DNA from: Burkholderiaceae bacterium
Lineage (GTDB): Bacteria > Pseudomonadota > Gammaproteobacteria > Burkholderiales > Burkholderiaceae_C
Assembly (NCBI GenBank): GCA_046155225.1
Contig: JBJXED010000039.1
Coordinates: 3,742 to 67,741, forward strand
DNA: 64,000 bases
Direction: 5' to 3'
Shown here piece after piece: positions 51,624 to 60,287 of this stretch. The notes under the pieces were generated by a model. That model searched no databases. It was not told the DNA's origin and worked only from the letters and a program-made list of their open reading frames with translations. Every line of letters starts with the position of its first letter. The first letter of the stretch is position 1. The position numbers and the translations under genes were made by a program.

Positions 51624-51971
51624 TTAGAGAGAAGACTCAGTGCAGGGGACAAATTCGGTCAATTCGCAGCTTTGGCCTTCGCAGCAATGCTCACTGAGGT
51701 AGGCCACCAGGCTGTTCATGTGTTCAAAATTGGCCCGGTAGACCACGTTTCGCCCACGCGATTCGTTGGTGACGAGGCAGGTGTAGAGCAGTTCTTTGAG
51801 GTGGAACGACAAGGCGCTGGGCGATATACCCAGTTTTTCGGCAATTCCGCCGGCCGTCAGACCTGCTTTGCCGGCCACTACCAGCAAACGAAACACCCGC
51901 AGGCGATGCACTTGCGCCAGTGCGGTCAGGGACTTTAAAACTTGCGTTTCTTCGGTGTCAATCATTTCCAT
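51624..51971 (-). CDS. arsR: ArsR/SmtB-family metalloregulator with a C-terminal Cys cluster
   Basis: Winged-HTH LRVFRLL...GLTAGGIAEKLGISPSALSFHLKEL. There is no CVC motif in helix 3; cysteines occur at ...EHCCEGQSC...PC near the C-terminus. Confidence 0.9.
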   Translation of the reverse strand: MEMIDTEETQVLKSLTALAQVHRLRVFRLLVVAGKAGLTAGGIAEKLGISPSALSFHLKELLYTCLVTNESRGRNVVYRANFEHMNSLVAYLSEHCCEGQSCELTEFVPCTESSL

Positions 51972-52051
51972 AATTCAAATGTTATTGAAATATTAAATTG
52001 AAAGCAAGCGATCGTTCATAAGCTTTTCAAAAGAACATCAAAACGGGATTA

Positions 52052-52091
52052 ATGTCATAAATATGCAATCGAAAAGACATAATCACGTCAC
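52052..52091 (+). promoter_or_regulatory. Double Pho box upstream of phoX
   Basis: Four 7-mers on an exact 11-bp period: ATGTCAT-aaat-ATGCAAT-cgaa-AAGACAT-aatc-ACGTCAC. They lie 53 nt before the phoX start in an AT-rich divergent region. Confidence 0.6.
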
Positions 52092-52144
52092 TGCAAGCTT
52101 TCAGACTCCGCTGTTAAGAATTACAGGACTGCAAAGCAACATTC

Positions 52145-54070
52145 ATGGGCCAAGGTTTCGCCGCTCACCAAGACTCCGACGAAGGTGTGAACTTCGCCGA
52201 GAACCCTTGCATCCATGACGTGGATGTCGGCCGCAGGCATGTCCTCAAGGCCAGCGCAGGGGCCGTCGCGTTGCTGATGGGCTCGCACGGCCTGGCCGCC
52301 GAGACCCGCCGAAGCAAACCGCTGGGCTTTACCGCTGTGCCCATTGGCAAAGCAGATACGTTGGTGGTGCCGCCTGAATATGAAGCGCAGGTGCTGTACC
52401 GCTGGGGCGATGCGACGGGTATTTCCGGGAATGTCCCGACTTTTAAAACCGATGCTTCTAACACCTGGCAAGAGCAAACCCTGCAAGCCGGGATGCACCA
52501 CGACGGCATCGAGTTTTTCTCATTGGGTAAAAGCACGCGCCACGGGCTGCTGGCTATCAACCACGAGTACACCGACGATGGTTTGCTGCATACCGACGGC
52601 ATGAAAACCTGGACTGCTGAGAAAGTCAAAAAATCACAGGCGGCTCATGGCGTGAGTGTGATTGAAGTGGTGCAAGCTACGAATCAGCCCCAATGGCAAG
52701 TGGTGATGAATTCCAAATACGCCAGACGCATTACCGCGGTTACGCCGATGCAGATGGCCGGCCCCGCTGCCGGGCATGCCCTGCTGCAAACCGCCGATGA
52801 CCCAACGGGTCAGCGCGTGCTTGGCACGATCAATAACTGCGGCGCTGGCCAAACGCCCTGGGGCACCTACCTGACCTGTGAAGAAAACTGGAACGGCGTG
52901 TTTTCTGCCGCAGCCAAGCCGAGTGAAGATGAGCGCCGCTACGGCTTGCGCGCGTCGGGTGCCGGATACCGCTGGCATGAGTTTGATGCGCGATTTGATG
53001 TGCAAAAAACGCCCAATGAACCCAACCGGTTCGGCTGGGTGGTGGAAATTGACCCTATGGATGCCGCTCAAGTGCCCGTCAAGCGGACGGCCCTGGGACG
53101 CTTCAAACACGAAGGTGCCACCACCGTGCTGAGCAAAGACGGCAGGGCGGTGGTCTACATGGGTGATGATGAGCGGTTTGAGTACATCTACAAATTTATC
53201 AGCAGGGACAAGGTCAAACCCGGCGGTCTGAAGGCCAACCCGCAGTTGCTCGACAACGGCACTTTATACGTGGCGCGTTTTGACAGCAAAGGCTATGGCA
53301 CTTGGTTGCCTTTGGTGCAGGGCCAGGGCGGCTTGACGGCGCAGGCCGGGTTCGCCAGCCAGGCCGAGGTGCTGATCCGTTGCCGCCAAGCGGCAGATGC
53401 GGTGGGCGCAACCAAGATGGACCGGCCCGAGTGGATTGCCGTGCACCCGCAATCTGGGGAGGTGTACGTCACGCTGACCAATAACAGTCAGCGCGGGCAG
53501 CCGGGCAGGCAAGCCGTAGATGACGCCAATCCGCGCGCCGACAACATCATGGGCCACATTATTCGCTGGCGCGAAGGCGTTAGTGCAGCTGCGGATGCGG
53601 CGGCCATGGAGTTTCGCTGGATGCACTTTGCGTTGGCGGGTGACCCCGATGCCGAGAAAGCAGAGCATAAGGGCACGATCAAAGGCGATATCTACGGCAG
53701 CCCCGATGGTTTGCAGTTTGACGCCAGCGGCATGCTGTGGATTCAGACCGATATTTCCACCTCGGCCTTGGGCAAAGGCGCTTATAAAAATACCGGCAAC
53801 AACATGATGCTGTGCGCTGACCCACAAACCGGGCAGACCAAACGCTTCATGACAGGCCCCGCAGGTTGTGAAGTGACTGGTGTGGTGTTCACGCCAGACC
53901 GCAAATCCTTGTTCATCAACATTCAGCATCCTGGTGAAACCGCCAGCGAGCGCGGCAACCCCGACAACCCGCAGAGCATCAGCCATTGGCCCGAAGGCCC
54001 TGCTGGCGGCAGGCCCCGCTCGGCGACGGTGGTTATTCGCCGCAAAGATGGCGGTGTGGTTGGGACCTAA
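52145..54070 (+). CDS. phoX: PhoX-family alkaline phosphatase (DUF839) with a Tat signal
   Basis: Twin-arginine GRRHVLKASAGAVALLMG. Also NHEY, NNCGAGQTPWGTYLTCEEN, GRFKHEG, and DRPEW, typical of PhoX. Confidence 0.85.
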   Translation: MGQGFAAHQDSDEGVNFAENPCIHDVDVGRRHVLKASAGAVALLMGSHGLAAETRRSKPLGFTAVPIGKADTLVVPPEYEAQVLYRWGDATGISGNVPTFKTDASNTWQEQTLQAGMHHDGIEFFSLGKSTRHGLLAINHEYTDDGLLHTDGMKTWTAEKVKKSQAAHGVSVIEVVQATNQPQWQVVMNSKYARRITAVTPMQMAGPAAGHALLQTADDPTGQRVLGTINNCGAGQTPWGTYLTCEENWNGVFSAAAKPSEDERRYGLRASGAGYRWHEFDARFDVQKTPNEPNRFGWVVEIDPMDAAQVPVKRTALGRFKHEGATTVLSKDGRAVVYMGDDERFEYIYKFISRDKVKPGGLKANPQLLDNGTLYVARFDSKGYGTWLPLVQGQGGLTAQAGFASQAEVLIRCRQAADAVGATKMDRPEWIAVHPQSGEVYVTLTNNSQRGQPGRQAVDDANPRADNIMGHIIRWREGVSAAADAAAMEFRWMHFALAGDPDAEKAEHKGTIKGDIYGSPDGLQFDASGMLWIQTDISTSALGKGAYKNTGNNMMLCADPQTGQTKRFMTGPAGCEVTGVVFTPDRKSLFINIQHPGETASERGNPDNPQSISHWPEGPAGGRPRSATVVIRRKDGGVVGT

Positions 54071-54127
54071 TACCCAATTCTCAAGCGCAACAACCAACTA
54101 TTGAATTCAACGAGCCAGGAGTAAAAA

Positions 54128-54979
54128 ATGAAAGAACTGCCTAACCCGACGTTTCCTCTTTCTCCGGCAGCCATGCCAAGGGGGTCACTTCATCAAAGCG
54201 GCCACCACATCGATGCGCCTGTCGTTTCAAAAAGTGCACGTGGCATTCAGGTCACGTGGGCCCAGCATCTGGACGAAGTTCGTGAAGCGCAACGACTGAG
54301 GTTTGACGTTTTCGCCACCGAAATGGGTGCGCGCCTGTCCAGCCCCATGGCGGGCTATGACATTGACTTGTTTGACGATTACTGTGAGCATTTGTTGGTG
54401 CGTGATGAAATGACGCACGAGGTTATTGGTACCTACCGCGTCCTCACACCAGCTCAGGCCAAGCGCGTTGGCAGTACTTACAGCGACACCGAATTTGACT
54501 TAACCCGGCTGCGCGCAATACGCTCGCGTATGGTCGAGTTGGGGCGCAGTTGTGTGCACCACGACCACCGCCACGGCGGTGTCATCATGGCGCTGTGGGG
54601 CGCGCTGTGCGAATTCATGACGCGCAACCAACTCGACATCATGATTGGCTGCGCCAGCATTCCAATGCAGCACAACGGCGTCAGTGGTGGGCATGCAGCT
54701 GCGAGTATCTGGCACCAACTGAGCAAAACCCATTTGTCAGCCATTGAATACCATGTCCTGCCGCGCTTGCCTTTGCCAGTGGACCGCTACAGCGATCTTC
54801 TGGAAGTGGAGCCGCCTGCGTTGATCAAAGGCTATTTGCGTTTGGGTGCCAAGGTGCTGGGGCCGCCGGCATGGGACCCTGATTTCAATACAGCGGATCT
54901 GCCTATGTTGATGCGCATTGCCGACTTGCCGCCGCGCTATAAAAAGCATTTTCAAAGCCAGAAGTTGCAAGGGGCATGA
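54128..54979 (+). CDS. olsB: OlsB-type N-acyltransferase (GNAT-fold, ornithine/amino-acid lipid synthesis family)
   Basis: EAQRLRFDVFATEMGA, DIDLFDDYCEHLLVRD, VIGTYRVL, ELGRSCV, and GCASIP. The pattern matches OlsB/hemolysin-like acyltransferases as I recall them. Confidence 0.72.
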   Translation: MKELPNPTFPLSPAAMPRGSLHQSGHHIDAPVVSKSARGIQVTWAQHLDEVREAQRLRFDVFATEMGARLSSPMAGYDIDLFDDYCEHLLVRDEMTHEVIGTYRVLTPAQAKRVGSTYSDTEFDLTRLRAIRSRMVELGRSCVHHDHRHGGVIMALWGALCEFMTRNQLDIMIGCASIPMQHNGVSGGHAAASIWHQLSKTHLSAIEYHVLPRLPLPVDRYSDLLEVEPPALIKGYLRLGAKVLGPPAWDPDFNTADLPMLMRIADLPPRYKKHFQSQKLQGA

Positions 54980-55869
54980 TGCGCACAGCCTTCGACGCAT
55001 TGACTTCAGGCCTGAAGGCTGACATCAGCACCGGTAGCGTTGCCGCGGCGCTAGGTGATGATCACCATGCCAATGACGAGGACGGTGAGGGCAAGCGTTT
55101 TCGCACGGTGTTTATTTCCGATCTGCATCTAGGCACGCCCGGATGTCAGGCGGTAGCGCTGCTGGACTTTCTCAAAACCCATCCCAGTGATTATTTGTAT
55201 CTGGTTGGGGACATCGTTGATGGTTGGCAGCTCCGCCGCAAATGGTTTTGGCCGCAAACGCACAACGACGTGGTGCAAAAGCTGCTTCGTCGCGCCCGCA
55301 AAGGCTGCACCGTGATCTATGTGCCTGGCAACCATGATGAATTTGCGCGCGGATTTTTGGGCCATCAGTTCGGCGGCATCGAAGTGGTCGAGGAAGCGGT
55401 TCACACCACGGCCGATGGCCGCAAATTATGGGTCATACACGGCGATTATTTTGACGGTGTGATCCAGTGCGCAAAATGGCTGGCCTATTTGGGTGACAAC
55501 GCGTACGAATTCACGTTGAAGGTCAACCGCCACCTTAACAATTTGCGTGGCCGCTTGGGCCTGCCCTATTGGTCGCTTTCGGCGTATCTGAAACAAAAAG
55601 TCAAGATGGCGCTGAATTACGTGACTGACTTTGAAGTGGCGGTTGCCAATGAAGCCCGAAAGCGCGGCCACCAAGGGGTGGTGTGCGGCCATATCCACCG
55701 CGCCGAAATCCGCGACATCAACGGCGTGCTGTACTGCAACGACGGTGACTGGGTGGAGAGCCGCACGGCACTGGTCGAACACTTTGACGGCCGCCTTGAA
55801 CTGCTCGAATGGGCAGCCCACCTTGAAACCACCAGCCAACGAATAGAACAAAAAATGGTCCCCGCATGA
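54976..55869 (+). CDS. Metallophosphoesterase of the LpxH-like / PlcP phospholipase C group
   Basis: FISDLHLG, LYLVGDIVDGWQL, VPGNHDEF, VIHGDYFD, and VCGHIHRAE. 4-nt overlap with the previous gene. Confidence 0.72.
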   Translation: MMRTAFDALTSGLKADISTGSVAAALGDDHHANDEDGEGKRFRTVFISDLHLGTPGCQAVALLDFLKTHPSDYLYLVGDIVDGWQLRRKWFWPQTHNDVVQKLLRRARKGCTVIYVPGNHDEFARGFLGHQFGGIEVVEEAVHTTADGRKLWVIHGDYFDGVIQCAKWLAYLGDNAYEFTLKVNRHLNNLRGRLGLPYWSLSAYLKQKVKMALNYVTDFEVAVANEARKRGHQGVVCGHIHRAEIRDINGVLYCNDGDWVESRTALVEHFDGRLELLEWAAHLETTSQRIEQKMVPA

Positions 55870-56954
55870 AAATCGCTTTGGTCACTGACGCATGGCGTCC
55901 GCAAGTCAATGGTGTCGTCACGACCCTGGTTGAACTCGTCAGGGATCTGACACAGCTCGGGCATCAGATTGAAGTTATTCAGCCAAGTCAGTTCAAGACC
56001 AGGCCTTGCCCAGGCTACGCTGGCATTGATTTGGCGGTGCGTCCGAAAAAAGCGTTGACGCGCATGCTGGATGAGTTTCAACCAGAGGCCATCCACATAG
56101 CCACCGAAGGCCCGCTGGGTTGGGCCGCGCGCAGTTATTGCCAGAAAAACAAGCTGGCCTTCACCACGGCGTTCCACACCAAATTTCCTGACATCTTGCA
56201 TGCCGCGCTGAAAATTCCTTTGTCGTGGAGCTATGCCCTGTTCCGGTATTTTCACCGGCCTTCGTCGGGCGTCATGGTGCCTACCTTGGGTATTTTGCAG
56301 ATGCTCAAGGAACGCGGTTTTATCAATCTGCGCGAGTGGACGCATGGCGTTGACACGCATCTGTTTGAATACCAAAGTGAGCCGCGGGTGTATGAGCCAC
56401 TGGGCGTGTTGTCGCGCCCGGTGTCACTCTTTGTCGGAAGGCTGTCGTATGAGAAAAATATCGAGGCCTACCTCAACCTGGACTTGCCTGGCACCAAAGT
56501 GGTCTGCGGCGTCGGTCCGCTGGAGGCCGACTTGAAACAGCGTTTCCCGCATATCAAATGGATCGGCATTTTGAGCCGCAGCGAAATTGCCAAGCTGTTT
56601 TCGGCGGCCGATGTTTTTGTATTTCCAAGCCGGTCAGAGACTTTTGGCTTGGTCATGCTGGAAGCCATGGCGTGCGGCACACCGGTGGCGGCCTACCCGG
56701 TTGACGGCCCTCTGGAAGTGCTGGGCAAGCCCGGATCGGCCGACCCGCTGGCCAGCCACGGCGGTGTGATGCACACGGATTTGCTGCAAGCTACGTACAG
56801 CGCGCTTACCGTACCCCGGCATGAGGCCCGGGCCCGGGCCATGGACTTCACCTGGGCGCACGCCAGCCGGGTTTTTCTGGATCACCTGGTCCCGGCCAAG
56901 AAGGGCGGCGCCCATGCTAATCTACAGGCCATCTCCAATCCGCTCATGCCTTGA
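55866..56954 (+). CDS. GT4-family glycosyltransferase (Agt-like glycolipid synthase candidate)
   Basis: MKIALVTDAWRPQVNGVV...; C-terminal FPSRSETFGLVMLEAMACGTPV (E-x7-E). 4-nt overlap with the phosphoesterase gene. Confidence 0.75.
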   Translation: MKIALVTDAWRPQVNGVVTTLVELVRDLTQLGHQIEVIQPSQFKTRPCPGYAGIDLAVRPKKALTRMLDEFQPEAIHIATEGPLGWAARSYCQKNKLAFTTAFHTKFPDILHAALKIPLSWSYALFRYFHRPSSGVMVPTLGILQMLKERGFINLREWTHGVDTHLFEYQSEPRVYEPLGVLSRPVSLFVGRLSYEKNIEAYLNLDLPGTKVVCGVGPLEADLKQRFPHIKWIGILSRSEIAKLFSAADVFVFPSRSETFGLVMLEAMACGTPVAAYPVDGPLEVLGKPGSADPLASHGGVMHTDLLQATYSALTVPRHEARARAMDFTWAHASRVFLDHLVPAKKGGAHANLQAISNPLMP

Positions 56955-57010
56955 AGGCCGTTTGAGCTGTGTTGGACTTGCGCCCCTTCAACAACTGCTC
57001 TGATTTTCTA

Positions 57011-59134
57011 ATGTCCGAACTTGCTGCCCCGCCGCAGTTACTTGTACCTCCGGACGCGCTGACGCCCTTTCCGTTTCTGGACCGCGACCACAGCATTCTG
57101 ATTTTCAACCACCGCGTGCTTGAGTTAGCGCGGCGTCCCAGCGTACCGCTGCTCGAACGCCTGCGCTACTTGTGCATCGTGTCAGCCAACCTCGACGAGT
57201 TTTTTGAGGTCCGCGCCGAACCGCACCTCTCGGCGCAGCAAAATCCGGATGACAAGGGTCTCTACAACCTGGCTACCTTACAGGCCTTGTCGCGCACGGC
57301 GCACGCGCTGGTAGAGAGCCAATACGCGCTCTACAACGACGAACTTCTGCCGACCTTTGCCCGCCACGGTATCCGCATCGTGGCGCACAGTGAGCGCAGC
57401 CCGGCCCAACTGCGCTGGGTGGCAGAGTACTTTGAGCGCGAGGTGAAACCCTTGCTTATACCGGTGGGTTTGGATCCGGCGCATCCATTTCCGCAAGTGG
57501 CGAACAAGTCGCTCAATTTTGTGGTGCACTTGGGCGGGCAGGATGCTTTTGGTCGCGAGAACGACATCGCGATTGTCAAAGTACCCCGGGTTTTGCCGCG
57601 CTTGATCCGCTTGCCGGCCAAGGTTTCGGGAGATCAAACTGTCTTTGTGTCTCTCTCCAGCGTGATTCGCGCGCACCTGGTTGACTTGTTCCCGGGCCGC
57701 CAAGTGGGGCAATTTTCACAATTCCGGGTGACGCGCCATTCGGATTTGGCGGTAGATGAAGACGACGTACAAAACTTGCGCACCGCCTTGCGCCAAGGCT
57801 TGCAGCACCGCCATTACGGCCAGGCCGTGCGGCTCGAGGTCTCGGCGGGTTGTTCAGACTACCTGGTGAATTTTCTGCTTAAGCAATTTGAGCTGCCCGA
57901 GCTGGCTTTGTACCGGGTGGCGGGGCCGGTGAATCTGGCGCGCTTGACGCAGCTGATTGACCTGGTCGACGAACCCGCCTTGAGCTTCCCGAATTACAAG
58001 GCGTCTTATCCCAAGCAATTGACACAAGGCCAATCTTTTTTTGAAAAGCTCAAACAAGGTGATGTGCTGATTCATCAGCCGTTCGAGAGTTTTGACGGTG
58101 TCCTGGCTTTTTTGCGCGAGGCCGTGCACGACCCGAAGGTTTTTGCCATCAAGCAAACCATTTATCGCACCGGTGCCGATTCGGCCTTGATGGAACTGCT
58201 GCGCGAAGCCGTGCGCCGCGGCAAGGAAGTGATGGTGGTGGTCGAGCTCAAGGCCCGTTTTGATGAAGAGGCCAATATCAACTGGGCCGAGGCGCTGGAG
58301 TCGATTGGCGCGCAAGTGGTCTACGGCGTGGTGGGGCTGAAGACGCACGCCAAAATGCTGCTGGTCACCCGCAAAGAAGGCAAGCACTTTGTGCGCTATG
58401 CCCATTTGTCCACTGGCAATTACAACCCGCGCACCGCGCGCCTGTACACCGACCTGAGCCATCTGACGGCCGACCCGGCGCTCACCTCGGACGTGGAGCA
58501 GGTTTTTGTTCACCTGGCCAGCCAAGGCCGCTTGCCCAAGCTGAACCGGCTGTGGGTCGCGCCGTTCGACTTGCACAGCCGCTTGATCGAGAAAATTGCG
58601 CAACTGGCAGAGACTGCCCGCGCGGGCAAGCCAGCCCGCATCGTCGCCAAAATGAACGCCTTGACCGACGAAGCGCTGGTGCGCGCGCTGATCGATGCGG
58701 GCCAGGGTGGCGTAAAGATTGATTTGATCGTGCGCGGTGCCTGCATTTTGCCGGCCCAGCTTGCGGGTGTGACGCAAAACATTGCCGTCCGCTCCATCGT
58801 CGGGCGTTTTCTGGAGCACTCGCGAATCTTTTATTTCAGCACGGGCAACAAGGAAAGCGTCTATTTGTCCAGCGCCGACTGGATGAGCCGAAACATGCTA
58901 CGCCGCATAGAGCTGGCCTGGCCAGTGACCGACGAGACACTCAAACGCCGCATCGTTGACGAATGTCTGGTGCCTTATTTGCATGACGGCCTGGATGCTT
59001 GGACGCTGCAGCCCGATGGCACCTATGCCACCGTCAGCGGCATGCAAAAGCCAAGCGGCTACAGCGCGCAGGCTGCGCTGATGAAGCGCTACGGCGTTGT
59101 ACCTGCTTCCCCCATGGACTCGACATGGATTTGA
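57011..59134 (+). CDS. ppk: Polyphosphate kinase 1
   Basis: FLDRDHSILIFNHRVLELA..., catalytic His region GLKTHAKMLLV, and two PLD-like C domains. ATG at 57011. Confidence 0.95.
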   Translation: MSELAAPPQLLVPPDALTPFPFLDRDHSILIFNHRVLELARRPSVPLLERLRYLCIVSANLDEFFEVRAEPHLSAQQNPDDKGLYNLATLQALSRTAHALVESQYALYNDELLPTFARHGIRIVAHSERSPAQLRWVAEYFEREVKPLLIPVGLDPAHPFPQVANKSLNFVVHLGGQDAFGRENDIAIVKVPRVLPRLIRLPAKVSGDQTVFVSLSSVIRAHLVDLFPGRQVGQFSQFRVTRHSDLAVDEDDVQNLRTALRQGLQHRHYGQAVRLEVSAGCSDYLVNFLLKQFELPELALYRVAGPVNLARLTQLIDLVDEPALSFPNYKASYPKQLTQGQSFFEKLKQGDVLIHQPFESFDGVLAFLREAVHDPKVFAIKQTIYRTGADSALMELLREAVRRGKEVMVVVELKARFDEEANINWAEALESIGAQVVYGVVGLKTHAKMLLVTRKEGKHFVRYAHLSTGNYNPRTARLYTDLSHLTADPALTSDVEQVFVHLASQGRLPKLNRLWVAPFDLHSRLIEKIAQLAETARAGKPARIVAKMNALTDEALVRALIDAGQGGVKIDLIVRGACILPAQLAGVTQNIAVRSIVGRFLEHSRIFYFSTGNKESVYLSSADWMSRNMLRRIELAWPVTDETLKRRIVDECLVPYLHDGLDAWTLQPDGTYATVSGMQKPSGYSAQAALMKRYGVVPASPMDSTWI

Positions 59135-59586
59135 TCCTGTGGCGCCATGCCGAAGCCGAGGAGTGGGCCGAAGGCTGCATTGATATGGAGCGTTCGCTCA
59201 CTGTGCGCGGTGAAAAACAAGCCGCCAGAATGGCCATCTGGCTGGATCGGCAGCTGCCCGAGGGTGCGCGGATTGTGGCCAGCCCGGCGCGCCGCACCGA
59301 GCAGACCGTGATCACGCTGGGTCGCAAATACAAACTCCGGCCAGAGATTGCGCCCGACGCAACGGTCGATCAACTGCTGGAGCTGGCGCAATGGCCCGAC
59401 AGCCGAAGCGCCGTGCTGGTGGTAGGTCACCAGCCAACAATCGGCCAAGCCATTGCGCGTTTGCTCAACTTGGCCGAGGCGGACTTCCCGGTTAAAAAAG
59501 GCGTGGTGTGGTGGCTGCGCAGCCGGGACCGTGACGGCGAAAACCAAACGGTGGTGATTACCGTGCAGTCACCTGAATTTTTATAG
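59125..59586 (+). CDS. sixA: Phosphohistidine phosphatase SixA-type (histidine phosphatase superfamily)
   Basis: MDLILWRHAEAE (RHA motif), ...RSLTVRGEKQA..., and VVGHQP. 10-nt overlap with the ppk end. Confidence 0.8.
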   Translation: MDLILWRHAEAEEWAEGCIDMERSLTVRGEKQAARMAIWLDRQLPEGARIVASPARRTEQTVITLGRKYKLRPEIAPDATVDQLLELAQWPDSRSAVLVVGHQPTIGQAIARLLNLAEADFPVKKGVVWWLRSRDRDGENQTVVITVQSPEFL

Positions 59587-59612
59587 CCAAGCGGCGGAAT
59601 AGCCTAACTTCC

Positions 59613-59680
59613 GGTTTTCAAAATTGATAGCGCTATAGGCAGTATTTACTTTGGCTAGAGGCCATTTTTACTTAAAAATT
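59613..59680 (-). repeat. AT-rich repeat family, copy G (inverted orientation, intergenic)
   Basis: The reverse complement reads ATTTTTAAGTAAAAATGGCCTCTAGCCAAAGTAAATACTGCCTATAGCGCTATCAATTTTGAAAACC. Confidence 0.75.
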
Positions 59681-59752
59681 ACCTAGAAAAGCGCTTTTTA
59701 GGCATTGCCTGACCCTGTCGCGGCATGGCCAGGCAGGGCGGAGACGAAGCCT

Positions 59753-60181
59753 TTAGTGGACCGCTGCTGCGGCGCTAGGCCGACCGGTTTTGATGGTCGG
59801 CACGGCTTTCAGCGAGGCCAAAAACGCCGTGTCCGACATGGCTGCCAGGGCTTTGATGCCCGCACGCAGGGTTTCGCTTTTCTTGACCGGGTGGGCCAGT
59901 TTTGCTGCCCGTTCTTTGAGTTGCTCCAGAACGGCGTATTCGGCCTTTGGAATGGTGAAGCTGTCACGCACCAGTTTCGGTTTTTTCGATTTTTCCAGTT
60001 TCGCAGGAGTGCTTTTTGCCACTGTTTTGGCAACAGACGGCTGGGCAGCCGGTTTGGCGAGTGACGCGCTGGTGCTGCGGGTTGCGGCGGTCTTTTTGGT
60101 TGAAGCTACTTTGTTTGGTACTGCGGCAGCGGTCGCAGGTTTGGATGGCTTAGCGTTTTTGGTTGCAGCTGAAGTTACCAT
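59753..60181 (-). CDS. Lys/Ala/Pro-rich (histone H1-like) protein with a possible ribbon-helix-helix C-terminal domain
   Basis: ATG after a strong AAGGAG. The N-terminal 75 aa are KA(P/S/T) low complexity. The C-terminus LVRDSFTIPKAEYAVLEQLKERAAKL...SETLRAGIKALAAMS has a strand-helix-helix pattern. Confidence 0.55.
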   Translation of the reverse strand: MVTSAATKNAKPSKPATAAAVPNKVASTKKTAATRSTSASLAKPAAQPSVAKTVAKSTPAKLEKSKKPKLVRDSFTIPKAEYAVLEQLKERAAKLAHPVKKSETLRAGIKALAAMSDTAFLASLKAVPTIKTGRPSAAAAVH

Positions 60182-60287
60182 GGGAATCTCCTTTGTAAAC
60201 GGTTTATACAGTTTACTTCTTTTGCAGAGGCTTGTGCAAGCCCTTGCTGCAGGAGGTTCAAGGGGGCGGGCTGTCAATCGGGCGAGT

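Noticed and set aside
51972-52050. Inverted-repeat ArsR operator in the AT-rich arsR-phoX spacer (TTCAAATGTTATTGAAATATTAAATTGAA)
   Set aside because: Only imperfect, overlapping short palindromes occur in very AT-rich DNA. I cannot define a credible dyad by eye.
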